64,000 nt of DNA from Clostridia bacterium. GTDB lineage: Bacteria; Bacillota; Clostridia; TANB77; CAG-465. The stretch spans positions 24,620-88,619 of the forward strand of contig JAZRUV010000008.1 in NCBI GenBank assembly GCA_045652705.1, written 5' to 3'. Below the pieces are notes generated by a model that made no database searches, had not been told where the DNA came from, and worked only from the letters and a program-made list of their open reading frames with translations. This document shows, one piece after another, positions 60,541-64,000 of this stretch. Position numbers and translations under genes: made by a program. How positions within the stretch are numbered: the stretch's first letter is position 1; each line of letters opens with the position of its first letter.

Positions 60541-63500
60541 ATGAAAGATAATATAAGCATTATATTTACTGCAATTATTGGTACATTTCTTATAGTACTA
60601 TTGCCATTATATAGCATATTAGATAGACAAGATAGCATGTCATATAATGTTGTTCTTACAGAGACTACAAAATTCGTAGATAATATAAGAAATAATGGTT
60701 TTGTGGATAAGGAAGCATATTACAATTATATATCTGCTTTAGCTAGTACTTCAAATACGTATAAAGTTACACTAGAGGCATATAGAAGAAAGCTAATACG
60801 CCAAACGGATGAATACGGTAATATTATTCCGGATCAATATGTAGAACAAATTGAATTATACAACACTAAAGATATCCTAGAGATATTAGAGGAGGAAAAT
60901 AAGCAAAATATAGACAATGCAAATATAAAAAATAATGTATACTTGTTTAACGAAAATGATGAAATATACGTCAAAGTATATAATACAAATATAACAGCTG
61001 GTAGTCTAATATATAATGTTATAGCGGGTGAATCAAATACTAAAATAATAAATGTAAGTTATGGTGGAATAGTAAATAGAGTTAATTGGGAATTATACGA
61101 TAGACTTCAATCAGAAACAAATCAAGTTCCGGAAGTTGTAATGTCAGTACCTGTTAATGGGGTAAATAATACAAACATAAAGAAATTAACAAAAAATGCA
61201 ATATTGGAAGATATAGACTGTTCAATAGAAAATTTAGACGAATATATTGGAGAAGTTAACATTCAAGAATTATGTGGTGACGAAATATATAGTCTAAGTG
61301 GAGAAGATTATACGTATTTGTATGATTTGGCTATAGAAGAGAACAGAACAATAAGAGTAGCATTAGAGTTAAGAAGATTTGATAGTATTAATACTGGAAG
61401 AAATAATGATGGTGAAGATATATACACTAAGATAGAGCAACTTGATAAATCGGATTTTGAAAATTCAAATAGTATTAGATCAAGTGTGGAATCATACATA
61501 ATAAATAATTTTATACGTCTTAACGGAATGTATGCAGACATTGATTTAAAATTAAGACAAGTTGGTGATTATTATGTCTTTGATATCATACTTACCAATG
61601 TAAGAATGTCAGAGCTTGATTATATTTCTAGTTTTGCCAGTATAACTATCTTACCAGGATTAGGTCAAGATAAAGATAATACGTTGTCGCTCGGTAATGA
61701 AACAGTAGAAATTGAATTAACAGATGCTACAGCGGTTAATGCGGTAACTATATCTATGCCACATATTTGGGATAAAATGATAAAAACAAAAAATCCAACA
61801 GATGCTAGAATATTAGATGGTACAGTTTATGCTAATGAAGATATAGCTTTCATTATATCTTATACAGGTATAAATAATCAAACAGATGAAGATATTATAG
61901 AGGCAATTAGGGAAAATCTAAAAATATATATAAATGAAGCTCAGTATTCAAATTTAGAACTGCTTACTGCAAAAGAATTGAATGACAATTATGGTATAAA
62001 TATAATGACTGATTCAGCAGGACATGTAATTGTAAAATTTAGATATACTGAAGCAAATAACAGTAGATATAACTATATAGAGTTATTAGATGGTTGGATA
62101 GCAACTAATATAGAAGATGTTGTAGACGCAGAACAAAATGAAGAATTATTATTATATGCTAATGGCTCGAGAAGTAGTGAATATGCAGTGTTGCTTGATG
62201 ATTTACCACCACTTGAACCTAGTATTGAACTTGAAGGGGTTGTTGGAGATAATGGATGGTTTACATCAAATGTAACGTTGAATTTGATCTCATCTACATC
62301 AGATACTGTAAGAAAGAGTATTGTGGTAGAGGATGATGATGGAAATAAAACAGTTATACAAAACGAACAACTTGGTGGAAGTGGCGTATATAAAAACACA
62401 GTATCTGTTGAAGGAGCAATTACTATAACAGAACAAGAAACAACAAAATTAAACCTTGAAACGGATGGAGTAAGTTATGCTATAGGCAGTGCGTATGATT
62501 ATGTAGGCAATAAGGTTCAAACTAGTAAAAAACAAATAAAAATAGATAAGACAAAACCTACTACACCTAAAATTGTATTATATGGTGATGAAGGTGAAAA
62601 CGGTTGGTATAAATCTAATGTTAAAATAGAAATAACTCCAGGAACTGATTATATAAGTGGAGTAGATAGGACTACATATACAATAGAAGGCGCAAATAAA
62701 TTAGGGGAGACAGAAGGAACTGCTTATACATTAACTAAAGAGGGGACTAGTACCGTAATAGCGACTACTTATGATAAAGCAGGTAATAAAACGGAAACTA
62801 AAGTAGATGTATATATAGATAAAACCATACCACCTGATGCAACAATTACTGTTATAGAAGGTAAGAAAAATAGCCCAGATAATGAATGGTATTGTTCTAA
62901 CGTTAAGTTAAAAATTAATGTAGATGCCACAGATTCAATATCTGGATTGGGAACATCTAGTTATAGAATAACAGGGAGTAGTGAAGTTCCTACAACAAAA
63001 TTTACCGGAGCAGAGAAGGAAATTATAATCGATACAAATGGTACTCATAATGTTACAGTATATACATATACTCAAGCCGGTAATTTTAAGGAAACAAAAT
63101 ATACAGTAAAGATAGATAAAGATGCGCCAAATGCACCAAGTGTGTCAATAAGTGGAACAAATGGGGAAAATGGTTGGCATACTTCTAATGTTGTAGTTAA
63201 TGTACAATCTAATGGAGACGTAGGAACATCTCAAGAAAAAATAATAACATATGAAATAACCAAAGATGGAATAACAGGAAATGAAATACAAATAGCTGGT
63301 GATGGAAAGATTAATTTGAATGAAGAAGGAGAATATTTACTAAAAATATATTCTAGGGATACTGCTTTAAATAAAGTTGTTGTGGAAAGAGCAGTAAAAA
63401 TAGACAAAACAAATCCTATTCCAGCAGATTTTGCAATAACAGGTAATACAGGTATAGATGATTGGTATATTTCTGACGTAAATATATCGTATACCGGCGG

Positions 63501-64000
63501 TATGGATAGTATAAGTGGTGTACAAAGTATTAATTTGTCTCATGACCAAATAACAGAAAATACAATTGGCACAAAAGTTACATTAACAACCAAAGATTTT
63601 GCGGGACATGAAGTAACAAAACAAGTTATTATAAAACTAGATAAATCTGTGCCGACAGCTCCAGTAATAAAATTCAATGTTGAGCCTAGTGGGGATGGAT
63701 TATTTGGGACACTGCTATATAATCAAGATGTGAGTGTAACAGTTATTCCAGGAAGAGATTATTTTATTGAAGGAATAGATAATTTATACAAAACAACTTT
63801 TGAGATTACAGCTGACAGTGGCAATGAAGTTATATTAGCTGAAACAGAGCAAACAAGCTTTGCTATAACACAAGAGGGAATAATTACAATTACTGCGAGG
63901 ACCTATGACAAAGCTGGAAATGTAACTAAAGCATCAAACGTAATTTGGATAAATAAATCTAAGCCGCAGACCCCTAAAATAATTACCATTAATGGAATAA
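60541..64000 (+). CDS. giant Ig-like-repeat adhesin with N-terminal TM, truncated by the window end
   Basis: open frame MKDNISIFTAIIGTFLIVLLPLYSILDRQDSMSYNVVLTETTKFVDNIRNNGF... with repeats NGWYKSNVKIEITPGTDYISGVDRTTYTIEG...TYDKAGNKTE..IDKTKP; absent from the ORF track because it has no stop in the window. Confidence 0.88.
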   Translation, partial: MKDNISIIFTAIIGTFLIVLLPLYSILDRQDSMSYNVVLTETTKFVDNIRNNGFVDKEAYYNYISALASTSNTYKVTLEAYRRKLIRQTDEYGNIIPDQYVEQIELYNTKDILEILEEENKQNIDNANIKNNVYLFNENDEIYVKVYNTNITAGSLIYNVIAGESNTKIINVSYGGIVNRVNWELYDRLQSETNQVPEVVMSVPVNGVNNTNIKKLTKNAILEDIDCSIENLDEYIGEVNIQELCGDEIYSLSGEDYTYLYDLAIEENRTIRVALELRRFDSINTGRNNDGEDIYTKIEQLDKSDFENSNSIRSSVESYIINNFIRLNGMYADIDLKLRQVGDYYVFDIILTNVRMSELDYISSFASITILPGLGQDKDNTLSLGNETVEIELTDATAVNAVTISMPHIWDKMIKTKNPTDARILDGTVYANEDIAFIISYTGINNQTDEDIIEAIRENLKIYINEAQYSNLELLTAKELNDNYGINIMTDSAGHVIVKFRYTEANNSRYNYIELLDGWIATNIEDVVDAEQNEELLLYANGSRSSEYAVLLDDLPPLEPSIELEGVVGDNGWFTSNVTLNLISSTSDTVRKSIVVEDDDGNKTVIQNEQLGGSGVYKNTVSVEGAITITEQETTKLNLETDGVSYAIGSAYDYVGNKVQTSKKQIKIDKTKPTTPKIVLYGDEGENGWYKSNVKIEITPGTDYISGVDRTTYTIEGANKLGETEGTAYTLTKEGTSTVIATTYDKAGNKTETKVDVYIDKTIPPDATITVIEGKKNSPDNEWYCSNVKLKINVDATDSISGLGTSSYRITGSSEVPTTKFTGAEKEIIIDTNGTHNVTVYTYTQAGNFKETKYTVKIDKDAPNAPSVSISGTNGENGWHTSNVVVNVQSNGDVGTSQEKIITYEITKDGITGNEIQIAGDGKINLNEEGEYLLKIYSRDTALNKVVVERAVKIDKTNPIPADFAITGNTGIDDWYISDVNISYTGGMDSISGVQSINLSHDQITENTIGTKVTLTTKDFAGHEVTKQVIIKLDKSVPTAPVIKFNVEPSGDGLFGTLLYNQDVSVTVIPGRDYFIEGIDNLYKTTFEITADSGNEVILAETEQTSFAITQEGIITITARTYDKAGNVTKASNVIWINKSKPQTPKIITINGI

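Noticed and set aside
1-64000. CRISPR array
   Set aside because: No regularly spaced direct repeats seen and no cas-like genes.

Overview
The window is chromosomal DNA from an AT-rich, probably spore-forming, Clostridia-like Firmicute. That assignment rests on DivIVA, valS, yabG, spoIIM-like, the full S10-spc-alpha ribosomal region (rpsJ to rplQ), adk/map/infA, xerD, truA and dacA/F-type genes. Accessory blocks: (1) a ~10 kb minus-strand locus (6147-16133) encoding a TelA-like protein, a PP2C-like phosphatase, a possibly degenerate vWA-like protein, a 494-aa orphan, a vWA protein with intact MIDAS motif and a 1542-aa protein with an embedded kinase-like domain. It resembles the TerY/PP2C/kinase phosphorylation triads of tellurium-resistance-type systems, without recognisable TerD/TerC in the window. 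(2) A pilin-like surface gene placed inside the spc/alpha region between map and infA. Upstream are a consensus-like promoter, a 20-codon leader ORF containing (AG)13 and an intrinsic terminator-like hairpin. Its 3' end resembles a diversity-generating-retroelement (DGR) variable region. (3) A strong sigma-A-like promoter driving a ~370-nt non-coding, hairpin-rich region (41191-41600), a structured RNA candidate. (4) A Tad-like secretion/pilus locus (49849 to the window end) with a SAF/CpaB-like protein, two ParA-like proteins with altered P-loops, a CpaF/TadA-like ATPase, a TadB/C-like protein, several short proteins with related N-terminal TM segments and a giant Ig-like-repeat adhesin that runs off the window. 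Smaller oddities include an RNase HI-GNAT fusion, a two-module ThyX, absence of rpmD and an enlarged L17. All homology calls are from motif recognition by eye; no database search was run.
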